This document shows, in pieces, positions 46,826 through 56,438 of a DNA stretch of 64,000 nt (within the stretch, counting starts at the first letter, position 1; the number at the start of each line of letters is the position of its first letter). Where the stretch lies: IMG/VR virus record IMGVR_UViG_3300021091_000027, positions 32,001 through 96,000 of that record. One strand, given 5' to 3'. The DNA comes from a virus. Below the pieces are notes generated by a model. That model was given only the letters and a program-made list of their open reading frames with translations. It did no database searches and was not told the origin of the DNA. A program made the position numbers and the translations under genes.

Positions 46826-48274
46826 ATGGCATTTAATTTTAACAAAGCAATTTACGAAGACAGCAAAAACAACGTAGTATCCCGCAGTTCAGACTACCAA
46901 AAAATATTTAATGATGATGCGCCCTCCATGGGCTACATCTCGAGCAAAGCTCCATGCGAGTTTATTCTGGTGCCTCCCCATGCAAGCTATGGAGCAAGCG
47001 CCGCCATGACTAGCGGTGGATTTCGACAGGATTCTACCAGAGGTGTGGTACCTACTCTGGGCCAATACGGCATTGACTGGGTCATGGTCTATCGCAAAGT
47101 TGGCAATGATCCGGACTACAAAAAACGTAAGGACATTCTTGCCATCAATATGATGGAAGGACCGGACGGGATGACTGTTCAAACCGAGCGTGACTGGGGC
47201 AAGGGCTACATGAGTCCGATGTACAAATTACGTGAGTTCCTCTGGCGCACCGGAGGTGGCCACAAGTACAATAAAGCTCTGCGTCGTTCTGAGCCTACGA
47301 TCAACGTTGATACCAGCACCGCCAAATACAAGAGGGCCCACGAGTTGGTTCCGGTTGATGGCAATGACCTTAATTCTCCGCTGAGCAAGGGTGTTCGCAC
47401 CATGTTTCTGCAAGGATTTATGGTCAATAACGCTGGCATCAATTACACGGTCGACGAAGAAGGACAGCCCTGCTGGCCGCGTCACAAGATTCTGATGATT
47501 AATCAAATTTCTGCAATTAAGTCTCGTGAAGATGCAAGAACCAAAGAAGGTTTTTATGATGTTTGGTTTGAGCGTGCTGATGGAATTAACATGGATCCAG
47601 AGTACATCATTGATCATTTTGGCGATGTTTCTCAGAGTGAGACGGCCCAGACAAACTGGGAGGCAGGATTCCGTCACTCAGATTTTGCCGTAAAGCAAAA
47701 ACTAGTGACATTCTCCTCCTATCCATCTGGTCCTGCAGGTATAGCCACCTATACCTGTGCCGTCCAGAATCTTTCGGATCGCTTTGGGGAGCAATATGTG
47801 CTGCCTGACGAGGTTCTGAAGAAGGTTCGTCCGTTCAGTGATTATATCTTGGAGAACAACGAGAAGCTGCAAATTCAATGGCTGCTTGAGCTGTTCCCTG
47901 GAGATGAGTGGGCTTTTATCGAAGCTGGCATTATCCAAGACGGTAGCAACAGTGTGGCAATGGGAGGCTTTTCCGTTCCTACACCAGCACCTACTCCTGT
48001 TACGGTAATTTCAACTCCGGTTGTACAGCCTGCTGTACAGCCCCCTGTCGCACGAGCTCCTATGTTTACAACTAAGCCGCCATACACTACCCCTGAATCT
48101 GTATCATCTGTGACAAAGCCAAAGGCACCGCCTATTCCGGTGGCGCCTGTTGCTAATTCGGCTCCTACAGTTCCCCCGGTGGCGGCGCCAGTTAATCTGT
48201 CGGCTGGAGGTCCAGATTTATCATCACAGATGAAAGCGTTAATGTCCAAATTACAAAACAACGTTAATAAGTGA
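46826..48274 (+). CDS. Hypothetical protein with Pro-rich C-terminal tail, possible ssDNA-binding protein
   Basis: 482 aa between Pol and RecA; call is positional. Confidence 0.45.
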   Translation: MAFNFNKAIYEDSKNNVVSRSSDYQKIFNDDAPSMGYISSKAPCEFILVPPHASYGASAAMTSGGFRQDSTRGVVPTLGQYGIDWVMVYRKVGNDPDYKKRKDILAINMMEGPDGMTVQTERDWGKGYMSPMYKLREFLWRTGGGHKYNKALRRSEPTINVDTSTAKYKRAHELVPVDGNDLNSPLSKGVRTMFLQGFMVNNAGINYTVDEEGQPCWPRHKILMINQISAIKSREDARTKEGFYDVWFERADGINMDPEYIIDHFGDVSQSETAQTNWEAGFRHSDFAVKQKLVTFSSYPSGPAGIATYTCAVQNLSDRFGEQYVLPDEVLKKVRPFSDYILENNEKLQIQWLLELFPGDEWAFIEAGIIQDGSNSVAMGGFSVPTPAPTPVTVISTPVVQPAVQPPVARAPMFTTKPPYTTPESVSSVTKPKAPPIPVAPVANSAPTVPPVAAPVNLSAGGPDLSSQMKALMSKLQNNVNK

Positions 48275-49521
48275 ATACAACAATGTCAAAGAAAAAGAAA
48301 GACGAAATCATTAATAACAATTCAGAACTTGATGCTGGAATCAGCGCCCTCATGGCTCACGCCATGAGGGCCTCTGGCAATCAGGTTTGTCTCGCATCCG
48401 ATCTGGCGGACAGAATATGGGGGCTTCCCTGTGATTATTTGTCCTACAGGTGGCTGGCAGATAATACCTGCTATCAAATGAGTAGAATTATTGGAGTTGC
48501 AGGAATGAAAGAATCCTGTAAGTCGGCATTTGCTATGACCTTGGCAAAGCTATGGATGGATTTCGGAGGACTTTGCGTTTATGTGGACACTGAAAACAAG
48601 AAATCTGCCACTTTGTACAAAGCTGTTGTTGGAGCTGTAAACACTAAAAAGACCTTGGAATATCCTGCCTTCTCCACCGAGCAATGGCAAGAGCAAATTC
48701 TTGGATCGCTTAGGTTTGCATCAGAAGATCCAGCTATGCATGATAGACCGGTCATGTTTATTATCGACTCCCTTGGCGGCGTAGATACCAAGGAGACGGA
48801 TGCCAGAATTGAAAAAGAAGGTGGTATCAATCCTCGCAATACCGGCGGCATGATTAAGTGCAAGTCGCATAACGAATTCTTTAGACACGTTAACAAGCAT
48901 TTATACATGAAGCCATACGCATTGGTGTACATCAACCACCTTTCAGATGACCCCAATAGTCCCATTCAAGGTGCTAAGAGAAAGCCTGGCGGCACTGGAC
49001 AAGACTACCATGCAGTGCTTGATTTGTGGTTTTCTGTCGTAAAGGGAACTCCAGTGTTCAAGGCTACTCGTGGCTTTACAGAAAAGATTTTGAAGATCAC
49101 GGTAAACAAGAATTCTATGGGTGCTAGCAAACGTAACATCGAAATTCCTTATCGCTGGAAGGGCGACGAAGGAGGGCAAATCAGCGAATGCTGGTTTGAC
49201 TGGGATGCAGCCACGGCAATGCTGCTTACTGACGACAGTCCAACAGGGGTTAAAGGCCGCTTAAAGGATATAGTCAACGTAACGGTCAATAGCAATAAGT
49301 ACAGCTGCAAAGAACTGGGATTGGTCGCCGTGAGTGACTCAGAGATGGGCGAGGCCATACGTAATAATGTCGAATTGCGAGAAAGACTCTCAGATGCCCT
49401 GGGAATAAATAGAATGAAGGTTTGGCCAGGGTTAAAGTTAGAAAATAAATATGTATATGAGAAGACGTCATACTCCATAAGCAATCAGCCAATTGAACAA
49501 AAGCAAGAGGTTGGAGAATGA
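48271..49521 (+). CDS. recA: RecA/UvsX-like recombinase
   Basis: GMKESCKS P-loop variant, YVDTE, IIDSLG, YINHL, KPGG, VNKN. Confidence 0.85.
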   Translation: MNTTMSKKKKDEIINNNSELDAGISALMAHAMRASGNQVCLASDLADRIWGLPCDYLSYRWLADNTCYQMSRIIGVAGMKESCKSAFAMTLAKLWMDFGGLCVYVDTENKKSATLYKAVVGAVNTKKTLEYPAFSTEQWQEQILGSLRFASEDPAMHDRPVMFIIDSLGGVDTKETDARIEKEGGINPRNTGGMIKCKSHNEFFRHVNKHLYMKPYALVYINHLSDDPNSPIQGAKRKPGGTGQDYHAVLDLWFSVVKGTPVFKATRGFTEKILKITVNKNSMGASKRNIEIPYRWKGDEGGQISECWFDWDAATAMLLTDDSPTGVKGRLKDIVNVTVNSNKYSCKELGLVAVSDSEMGEAIRNNVELRERLSDALGINRMKVWPGLKLENKYVYEKTSYSISNQPIEQKQEVGE

Positions 49522-50039
49522 AAGAACGTCAAGAATCAGAGTTTTTTGATAGCCTTTCAAATTTTTATGAAAAACAAGAGATAAATCGTCAAAGCGCATA
49601 TGAAAACAAAATTTGCAAAAAGCTGATAGCGAAGCTTTTTGATCAAAGCAGTCCTGAATTTGACGTTTGGAGGGAGCGGCTAGAGGCGAGCAGTGAGCCT
49701 CTAGCCGAGCTCCAGGATCTGTTTGGACAGTTCTGGATAACTACTCACAGGCTACAGGACTGGAGTATAAATGATTTGCTAAAGTCTCCAACAAAATTAG
49801 ACCGGCATCCGCTTTGGAAAGAATTTGCCAAAAAGGTTGCTGTATGTCAAAAGGGGCAAATCGCTGCCATGATATTTTATAATTCAGTAATAGGTCAGGA
49901 TATGGTTATACATACCGGAATATCTACTCGCATGCCTGATGGCTATTTTAGATTAGTACGATCTTCGTCTTCAGGAGATGGAGGGGTTGCTATAGACACT
50001 TTAGAAGGGTTTCTGAAGATGATTGCAGGAAATAAATGA
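49518..50039 (+). CDS. Hypothetical protein
   Basis: 173 aa, ATGA-coupled. Confidence 0.6.
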   Translation: MKERQESEFFDSLSNFYEKQEINRQSAYENKICKKLIAKLFDQSSPEFDVWRERLEASSEPLAELQDLFGQFWITTHRLQDWSINDLLKSPTKLDRHPLWKEFAKKVAVCQKGQIAAMIFYNSVIGQDMVIHTGISTRMPDGYFRLVRSSSSGDGGVAIDTLEGFLKMIAGNK

Positions 50040-50407
50040 AATATAAAACACTTTTAGAGTATGAAGTTGTAAGTAAACTAAAAGAAGAATTACCAAAAAT
50101 TTACCAAGGAATGTGGCTTCTAGATTTGGATAAGAGGGCAGAAAAACATTTGCTCGGACCTTTTGATACCGTAGCCGAGGCCCACGACAACAGGGATTAC
50201 ATCTGGAGCTATGGAGATAGATATGGCAGGTATCTGTGGCTAGTCAATAAAGTTGCTGCTAATGTACTTAAACACAATGCCGATAAGGTACAACATATAG
50301 AGGTGGCTATAGATACACTTCCACTTGAAGTTATTGGATTTAAATTAAAAGTAAAAGGATTGGATGAATGGGTAAGGGCTCCATGTAAAAGAAGGATAAA
50401 GAAATGA
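50036..50407 (+). CDS. Hypothetical protein
   Basis: 123 aa, ATGA-coupled. Confidence 0.55.
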   Translation: MKYKTLLEYEVVSKLKEELPKIYQGMWLLDLDKRAEKHLLGPFDTVAEAHDNRDYIWSYGDRYGRYLWLVNKVAANVLKHNADKVQHIEVAIDTLPLEVIGFKLKVKGLDEWVRAPCKRRIKK

Positions 50408-50907
50408 TTAATGATAAGCCTGAAAGAATGCCGTTAAAAGATACCCTAAAATTCACCATACAGATAGCGATAACGGATGCCTCTATATTTAATCACTACA
50501 TACTTAAGGAATATGCTCCTAGATGTCAGGGGCCGTTAGCAATAAGCAAAAGCCCAGCTAAACACACGTTAGAAAATTGCCTGTATGATGAGATATGTGG
50601 CTGGCTAGACGCACCATCTATTACTGGCATATCAATCTTAGACATACAAGCAAGTTCTTCTGCATTTAAAAATGAAATTTTGAATAATGACCCTAAAATC
50701 TACTTTCGTGAAATAGTGGATTTATTGTATGATATATGTAAACTTCAAGTTTCTGGTAAACAAGAAAGCTCTAATATACTGGTCGACAAAGTTAGATTTG
50801 AGCATATAAAGGAAAAGTGTAAAACAATCCTAAAGAATGTTGACAGGGTTGAATTTAATGGCACAGAACCCGCTAAAATATCAAAACAAATGGGTTCTAG
50901 CCTATGA
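50404..50907 (+). CDS. Hypothetical protein
   Basis: 167 aa, ATGA-coupled. Confidence 0.55.
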   Translation: MINDKPERMPLKDTLKFTIQIAITDASIFNHYILKEYAPRCQGPLAISKSPAKHTLENCLYDEICGWLDAPSITGISILDIQASSSAFKNEILNNDPKIYFREIVDLLYDICKLQVSGKQESSNILVDKVRFEHIKEKCKTILKNVDRVEFNGTEPAKISKQMGSSL

Positions 50908-51073
50908 GCAAAATGGCTTTCTAGTAGATTACCTTCGACATCCTGAGTTTATATTTGAAAACATGGAATTGGCATATGAAAGAAAATCAGATGCCGTTAT
51001 TTTATTAAATAAGGTGTACCCTAATTTAACTACAGATAAAATATTTGTCGCACCATTAAGAGACTTTTTGTAG
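50837..51073 (+). CDS. Small hypothetical protein
   Basis: Up to 78 aa; fills the operon gap. Confidence 0.45.
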   Translation: MLTGLNLMAQNPLKYQNKWVLAYEQNGFLVDYLRHPEFIFENMELAYERKSDAVILLNKVYPNLTTDKIFVAPLRDFL

Positions 51074-51552
51074 TGACAAAATACATCATATACATACCGG
51101 ACTCAGACTCAATAATGATGGATGGAAAAGAGCCATATGTAGACACTGAAAAAGAAGTTAAAAGAGTCATAGTGGAAGAAACTGTACATAAAAAGGCAAT
51201 GTATGAGCCTAAGCCAGTATCGTTTTTGAAGACCTGGGCTAAAAAGCAACAGGAAAAAGAACAAAAGCAAAAATCAAAACCCTACAAATTTTCTCCAACT
51301 TTTACAGAAATAAAGTATATAAAACCTGCAAGGCAAAAAAGATTTTTGCTGGTGGTTGGTGTAGAAGGGATAAAAAATAGCGGAACGCTAGTAAAAGACT
51401 TTGACATCTTAGAAGATGCTGCTAGACTGGCCAATAAGTCAATCAAAGGATTAATCAAAGAGTTTCCTCAATTTGGATATTATATCTATGACACAAAACT
51501 TGAAACCTATGTCCTCGAAATCTCAGGATCAAATGAATCCGTCGCAAAATAA
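51073..51552 (+). CDS. Hypothetical protein
   Basis: 159 aa. Confidence 0.55.
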   Translation: MTKYIIYIPDSDSIMMDGKEPYVDTEKEVKRVIVEETVHKKAMYEPKPVSFLKTWAKKQQEKEQKQKSKPYKFSPTFTEIKYIKPARQKRFLLVVGVEGIKNSGTLVKDFDILEDAARLANKSIKGLIKEFPQFGYYIYDTKLETYVLEISGSNESVAK

Positions 51553-51991
51553 AATCTTAGATCTTGGTAAAGGAAATGGCAGAATGGCTGGATCCCCTTT
51601 AAAGAACATGCTCAAGGAAAGCGATTTCCACAACTCTGAAGTAAATAAAAACGAAACAATTGATAGGCAGTGGCTTTTAAACCTCCACAGGGAGCTAACC
51701 GAAGAGGCTAGATCTTTGTCGGAACGTAAAAACCACGATTACAGTGGCGGGAAAGACTCCACCCACCCCTTCCTAAACTTTACCAGATGCGAATCTATGG
51801 GGGTTTGTGCAACAGAGGCTGGTATCATGGTCCGGCTTACCGACAAGATGTCCCGGCTATCCACGTTCATCACTACGGGGTCTTTTAAAGTTAAAGACGA
51901 GGCTCTTAGAGATACTATTCTTGATGTAATTAACTATGTTATTATTTTATATGCTTATATTCAAAGCAAAAAAATAATAAAAAATGATTAA
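51473..51991 (+). CDS. DUF1599 / nucleotide modification-associated domain 1-like protein (start probably downstream)
   Basis: RKNHDYSG..NF..GIMVRLTDKMSRL..EALRDTILDVINY. Confidence 0.75.
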   Translation: MDIISMTQNLKPMSSKSQDQMNPSQNKILDLGKGNGRMAGSPLKNMLKESDFHNSEVNKNETIDRQWLLNLHRELTEEARSLSERKNHDYSGGKDSTHPFLNFTRCESMGVCATEAGIMVRLTDKMSRLSTFITTGSFKVKDEALRDTILDVINYVIILYAYIQSKKIIKND

Positions 51992-52014
51992 ACGAGACCT
52001 TTGGCTTAAGGAGT

Positions 52015-52209
52015 ATGACGATCTTGCGTAATATAACTGTAAAAATAAAGACAATAAAACAAATAAACAATAATGTTGACTCAGTGGATCAGCAGCTGAA
52101 TAATCATATTAAAGTAGTCTCACTTTTAAATTCTAATCAATATTTAAAAATTACAACTCAACAACTATTAGAATTTAAAGATGAAGAATTAAATAATATC
52201 TGTCGTTAA
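52015..52209 (+). CDS. Small hypothetical protein
   Basis: 64 aa, AAGGAG upstream but close to the start. Confidence 0.35.
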   Translation: MTILRNITVKIKTIKQINNNVDSVDQQLNNHIKVVSLLNSNQYLKITTQQLLEFKDEELNNICR

Positions 52210-52251
52210 AACGGCTTAAACACTAATAAGCATTAATACATTTTTAAAAAA

Positions 52252-52854
52252 TTGATAAAAAGATATTTAATCATGAGCGATACTCTAGAGTTTGTGGTCG
52301 TCGGTCTCAATTCAATTGGTAGAACCCTGGCAGGACTTTTTTCTGTAAGCAACTTAGGTACAGTAACTTTAATTGATGATAAAAAGGTTTCAGCTAAATG
52401 CCTAGCTTCTGGCTATTTAGAAATAGATATCGGACAGTACCGCACAGATGCTACCGCAGATGCTATTAAAGAGATAAACCCCCAGGCAAAGATTAATAAA
52501 CTTATGAGATTAGACGAGTCAGCAATTCAAACGTTGACTTCAAAGATTAGCGGTAATACAGTCATGCTGTGTTGCGACTCCATGAGTGATAAGTCCAGGC
52601 TACACATATGCACAGAAATGAGAAATGCCTGTCTGGCAATATATTTCTTTGGATTTGATGAAGATGGCAGCGATTGCAGTATTACTCGTATTGTCCCAGG
52701 AAACGATAATTTAGAAAAAACATTAGAAAACATTCCTGCAGGCAAGGAGAGTCTTGAAAAAGGTAGGTTTGCTGCAGCAAAAGCTTTTGCCTCAACTGTT
52801 TTCTTGCAAAAGCTTGAAGATACGAGTTCTAATTTTTCACTAGAGAAGACTTAA
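52252..52854 (+). CDS. ThiF/MoeB/E1-like Rossmann-fold protein (divergent)
   Basis: VVVGLNSIG..GTVTLIDDKKV..DIGQYRTDA..IKEINP..CCDS. Confidence 0.75.
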   Translation: MIKRYLIMSDTLEFVVVGLNSIGRTLAGLFSVSNLGTVTLIDDKKVSAKCLASGYLEIDIGQYRTDATADAIKEINPQAKINKLMRLDESAIQTLTSKISGNTVMLCCDSMSDKSRLHICTEMRNACLAIYFFGFDEDGSDCSITRIVPGNDNLEKTLENIPAGKESLEKGRFAAAKAFASTVFLQKLEDTSSNFSLEKT

Positions 52855-52911
52855 AATGCAGCATGAATTAGAGAGTAGGATAGAGATGACTCTACTTTTT
52901 TCTCTAAATTA

Positions 52912-52925
52912 GGTAAAATAGTTTT
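52912..52925 (+). promoter_or_regulatory. Candidate -10 element GGTAAAATA, 5 nt before ATG
   Basis: Same motif and spacing as 3975-3983. Confidence 0.45.
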
Positions 52926-55454
52926 ATGCCTTCACTTATTGATTTAACTCAATACAAAACAAAATCAGAGCTGCAGCTAGCAGATAACCATAATCGACTA
53001 GTAGATGCTTTGAATTATAATTTCGACTACACGATTAATCAAGTAACAAGCCCTATACCGGCCACCACATTAGGCAGCTCTCTTGATGTTCTTCACATTA
53101 AGCAAAATGGCAGTTTGGGCTATATCAATGTAAGTGATCTTATATCTGCTCAAAGAATACTGAATAATAATCAGAATTCTGTCTTAAAATTAAACCACTC
53201 CCTTGCTTTCAATCTGCAAGGAGAGGATGGAAGTCCTAACGCCTACACTATTTTTGCATCCTTTCCAGGCGGGCTTAAAGGCAATAGCGTTACGTTTAAG
53301 CAAATTAACCCGTCTGGACACATCCTGGAGATGCATTCAGTTCACCAGTTCCAGGTATTAACTAATGGCGGATACATAAATGTAAATGATGGCTATTTTT
53401 CTATAAATTCTCTGAAGGTAGCTGGATATCAGCTACCAACAGAAACTCCTACACTTGGAAAAATCCTTAGGGCAAATTCTCAAGGAAACTTAGAGTTTCA
53501 AAATCTTCCGCAGCCCCTCTACTTTGACAGCATAGGTATGAAATACAAGTTAGAGGAGGAGGGACCGATAGCTCTAAAGTCTGTTAACTCCTGGGATACC
53601 AGTGCAAACATAGAGCTTCAGCATTTTAAATTTGGATATGCAAATTTACTTCCGTCGAAATCCTCGGGCGCCTTCTTAAAAATGAGGGAACATCTGATAC
53701 TCACAGTAGAAGATCTTGAGGATAAATCCTATATTCAAATGTATAGCCCATTTTGTTTGCCCCCAGTTAAATCCATGCTGCCGGGGGCTAATCCAGTTGG
53801 ATCCTTGTGGTATGACAATGCCCAGGAAAACCTGGTCTTGGTCTCCTCTACTGGAATAAAATACATAAATCCTCAAGCTATAGCTCAAACAGTAAATACC
53901 GAGGAAGTAAAAGATTTTACTTTGCAGCCGGCCTCAACATTGAGCGTAAGCTCTGGATCCGAAATAAAGCCTGCGCTAAATATTGGGGGCGTTGGGCTTG
54001 TATCAACATCCGAATCGCTAAAGTTTATTGTGGCAGGAGGTGCAGTGACCCAGATGTCCAAGGAGGGCATAGTGTCGGCCATAGCAGGATCGACAGGAAC
54101 TGCAAAAATTCTTCTGAATGCTCAAGCAGCAATTAACAATTCAGTAAACCCCACCTATACATTTAAAGAGGCGGAAGGACTGGGATTGTACAGATCGGAC
54201 ATCAATGGTATGGCCGTGGCTGTAAAGGGCAATCCTGTAATTGAGTTTTCTGATAAGAAAATAAGTACGAAGGGTAATAAAATATCGAATGTCGGCGCTC
54301 CGTCAGAAGCCTCAGATGCAGCTAATAAGCAATACGTAGATGCTAGGGTTCCCATTGGAATCACTCATGGCGCCATGCCCATAGTCGACAGCTCCACTGG
54401 AGTGTATATTGAAAGTAGTGCTAAGTACTTAGCAGGAAAGTTAGAAATAGGAACAATATCCGAACCAGCAACATTCAAGTTAAACTCTTCAAACGGCGGA
54501 TCGGTGACCATAAAAGTTCCGACTATAGCTAATAACATAGTTTTTAATTTGCCTAACAACCAACTGGCAAATGGAGTTTTGCAGTACGTAGATGGAGAAT
54601 CACGATGGGTCAGCGTTGACTCAATTACCCCTAACATGGTAAAGGCCGATGGATCTACAGCACTGAGTGGGGGCCTGAAGATAAATTCTAATACTTCTCC
54701 AAATGCTCCTATGATAAGTAGCAATGGAATTGGATTATACGCCGAATCATATACTGAAAAGAAAATAGGATTTTCGGCGAATGGCATTAAACTACTTGAA
54801 GTAAATGCCACAAATAATACTCTTATCGGAAAGTCCACCAGCAACAATGCTCCCCTCATAAGATTAACTAATAGTATCAGTAGCTATTCGCCAGAACTTG
54901 GAGTCTCAGGTACTCCGACGTATTCGTTTGTTGGCGACAATATGACAGGTATGGGGCAGAGCAAATTACAATCGGTTGCCATGATAGTAAATGGCAACAG
55001 TGTTATATCGGCTTCGTCCGACGGAATCAATGCGCACTTAAACAGGATTAAAGGCGTAGCGTATCCGTTGGAAATATCCGATGCGGCTACAAAACAATAT
55101 GTCGATAGTGTCGTTAAACCTAGGATTGAAATAAGTTTTAGAGTAACAGCACTTCCTATAGGGTGGACAAGTGGCAGCAGTTTAATGCTGTCAATATATG
55201 ACAGCGCTTTAATATATCAAAGTGCATCAGCTAGTTTGACTTACGAATCGGCAAGTGATAAAACAAGGATAATAATTCCCGCAAATTTCGCACTAAATCC
55301 AGATTGTCAAGTATATTTAGAAAACCTCAGATTGATAAAGATGGCCAGCGCTTCAGGCGTAAGGCAAGTTGCCTACGCTACAAACAGAAGCATCCTGATC
55401 AACTACGACTTGAACATTGGGAATATAGTTACTATACACTTGCCTTACCAGTAA
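52926..55454 (+). CDS. Tail/head fibre-like virion protein
   Basis: Repeated KISNVGAPSEASDAANKQYVD / RIKGVAYPLEISDAATKQYVD and PTY[TS]F..G[LM] modules. Confidence 0.7.
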   Translation: MPSLIDLTQYKTKSELQLADNHNRLVDALNYNFDYTINQVTSPIPATTLGSSLDVLHIKQNGSLGYINVSDLISAQRILNNNQNSVLKLNHSLAFNLQGEDGSPNAYTIFASFPGGLKGNSVTFKQINPSGHILEMHSVHQFQVLTNGGYINVNDGYFSINSLKVAGYQLPTETPTLGKILRANSQGNLEFQNLPQPLYFDSIGMKYKLEEEGPIALKSVNSWDTSANIELQHFKFGYANLLPSKSSGAFLKMREHLILTVEDLEDKSYIQMYSPFCLPPVKSMLPGANPVGSLWYDNAQENLVLVSSTGIKYINPQAIAQTVNTEEVKDFTLQPASTLSVSSGSEIKPALNIGGVGLVSTSESLKFIVAGGAVTQMSKEGIVSAIAGSTGTAKILLNAQAAINNSVNPTYTFKEAEGLGLYRSDINGMAVAVKGNPVIEFSDKKISTKGNKISNVGAPSEASDAANKQYVDARVPIGITHGAMPIVDSSTGVYIESSAKYLAGKLEIGTISEPATFKLNSSNGGSVTIKVPTIANNIVFNLPNNQLANGVLQYVDGESRWVSVDSITPNMVKADGSTALSGGLKINSNTSPNAPMISSNGIGLYAESYTEKKIGFSANGIKLLEVNATNNTLIGKSTSNNAPLIRLTNSISSYSPELGVSGTPTYSFVGDNMTGMGQSKLQSVAMIVNGNSVISASSDGINAHLNRIKGVAYPLEISDAATKQYVDSVVKPRIEISFRVTALPIGWTSGSSLMLSIYDSALIYQSASASLTYESASDKTRIIIPANFALNPDCQVYLENLRLIKMASASGVRQVAYATNRSILINYDLNIGNIVTIHLPYQ

Positions 55455-55466
55455 AGGTAAAAAAAA

Positions 55467-56438
55467 ATGTCACAATCGATGCAAAAGATGGACTTTAAAG
55501 TTCATCTAAGGGCTACACCATTCAAACTTACTCCCCTTTTATGGAAGGTAATGGATAATCAGATATCTCTGTTAATAAATAATCCCAACATGGATATAGG
55601 CATAAGTTTGGTAAATAATCTAAGAACCAGTGGAAGAGAAAATCCATCAGAGTTCATATTTAATTATGGATGTTATTCAACAGGATTAACTAAGTCTCAT
55701 GCAGCCTCCGTTATTCGCAGAGGGGCCCTAGGTTCATTCAACTTAAGATTCAATCAGCTGTGCCTTTCTACACTTGCTAGTGCGTCTAATAAAGAAGTAA
55801 TCAGGCAGAACGCATGTCCTCCAATAGGTTTTGGATATGGCGTAGGATCTGCGGCGTACGTATACCCATGTAAGGGAATCTTCTGCACTAATTGCTATAT
55901 GCGAAAAGCAAATCAAATCAGAAAGGAATTAGCCAGTAGGCTGGAGCTAAAAGGTACTCCGCCAGAGTCAGCCAAGGCTTTGATTGTAAGATCCTGCAAT
56001 GTAGGTCAAATTAATTCTTATGGATACGATTTTAATTTAGACGACGATCTATCTGAAAGAATAACTTATAGATTAAAAAAAATAAACTTTATTGCCATAA
56101 GAACTATTGGAGCTACAATGGGCCAGGGTAGAGTACCGATAGCGTGTACTACTACTGCAATAATACTGGATGCAGAAAATATAGAGACAGCCACTAAATC
56201 CTTAACAAAATTAAAGGCATCAGTGTTTAAGAAAAATCCAAATAGAACAATCGAAGTTACTTCTGAGCAAGGCCTAGACAATATATGCCTACGGCTGTAT
56301 GATTCCCCACCCGTATGTTTGGCGGGTATATCTTCAGATGGAATACATAACTCGATGCTTCAACACAGTCTAGAAAGTTATAAGTCTATTGTAAAAGGAA
56401 AGAAAAAAGCAATTATATTTGGAACAGGAGTTATTTAA
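55467..56438 (+). CDS. Hypothetical protein with C-x4-C-x2-C
   Basis: 323 aa; PCKGIFCTNC. Confidence 0.6.
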   Translation: MSQSMQKMDFKVHLRATPFKLTPLLWKVMDNQISLLINNPNMDIGISLVNNLRTSGRENPSEFIFNYGCYSTGLTKSHAASVIRRGALGSFNLRFNQLCLSTLASASNKEVIRQNACPPIGFGYGVGSAAYVYPCKGIFCTNCYMRKANQIRKELASRLELKGTPPESAKALIVRSCNVGQINSYGYDFNLDDDLSERITYRLKKINFIAIRTIGATMGQGRVPIACTTTAIILDAENIETATKSLTKLKASVFKKNPNRTIEVTSEQGLDNICLRLYDSPPVCLAGISSDGIHNSMLQHSLESYKSIVKGKKKAIIFGTGVI

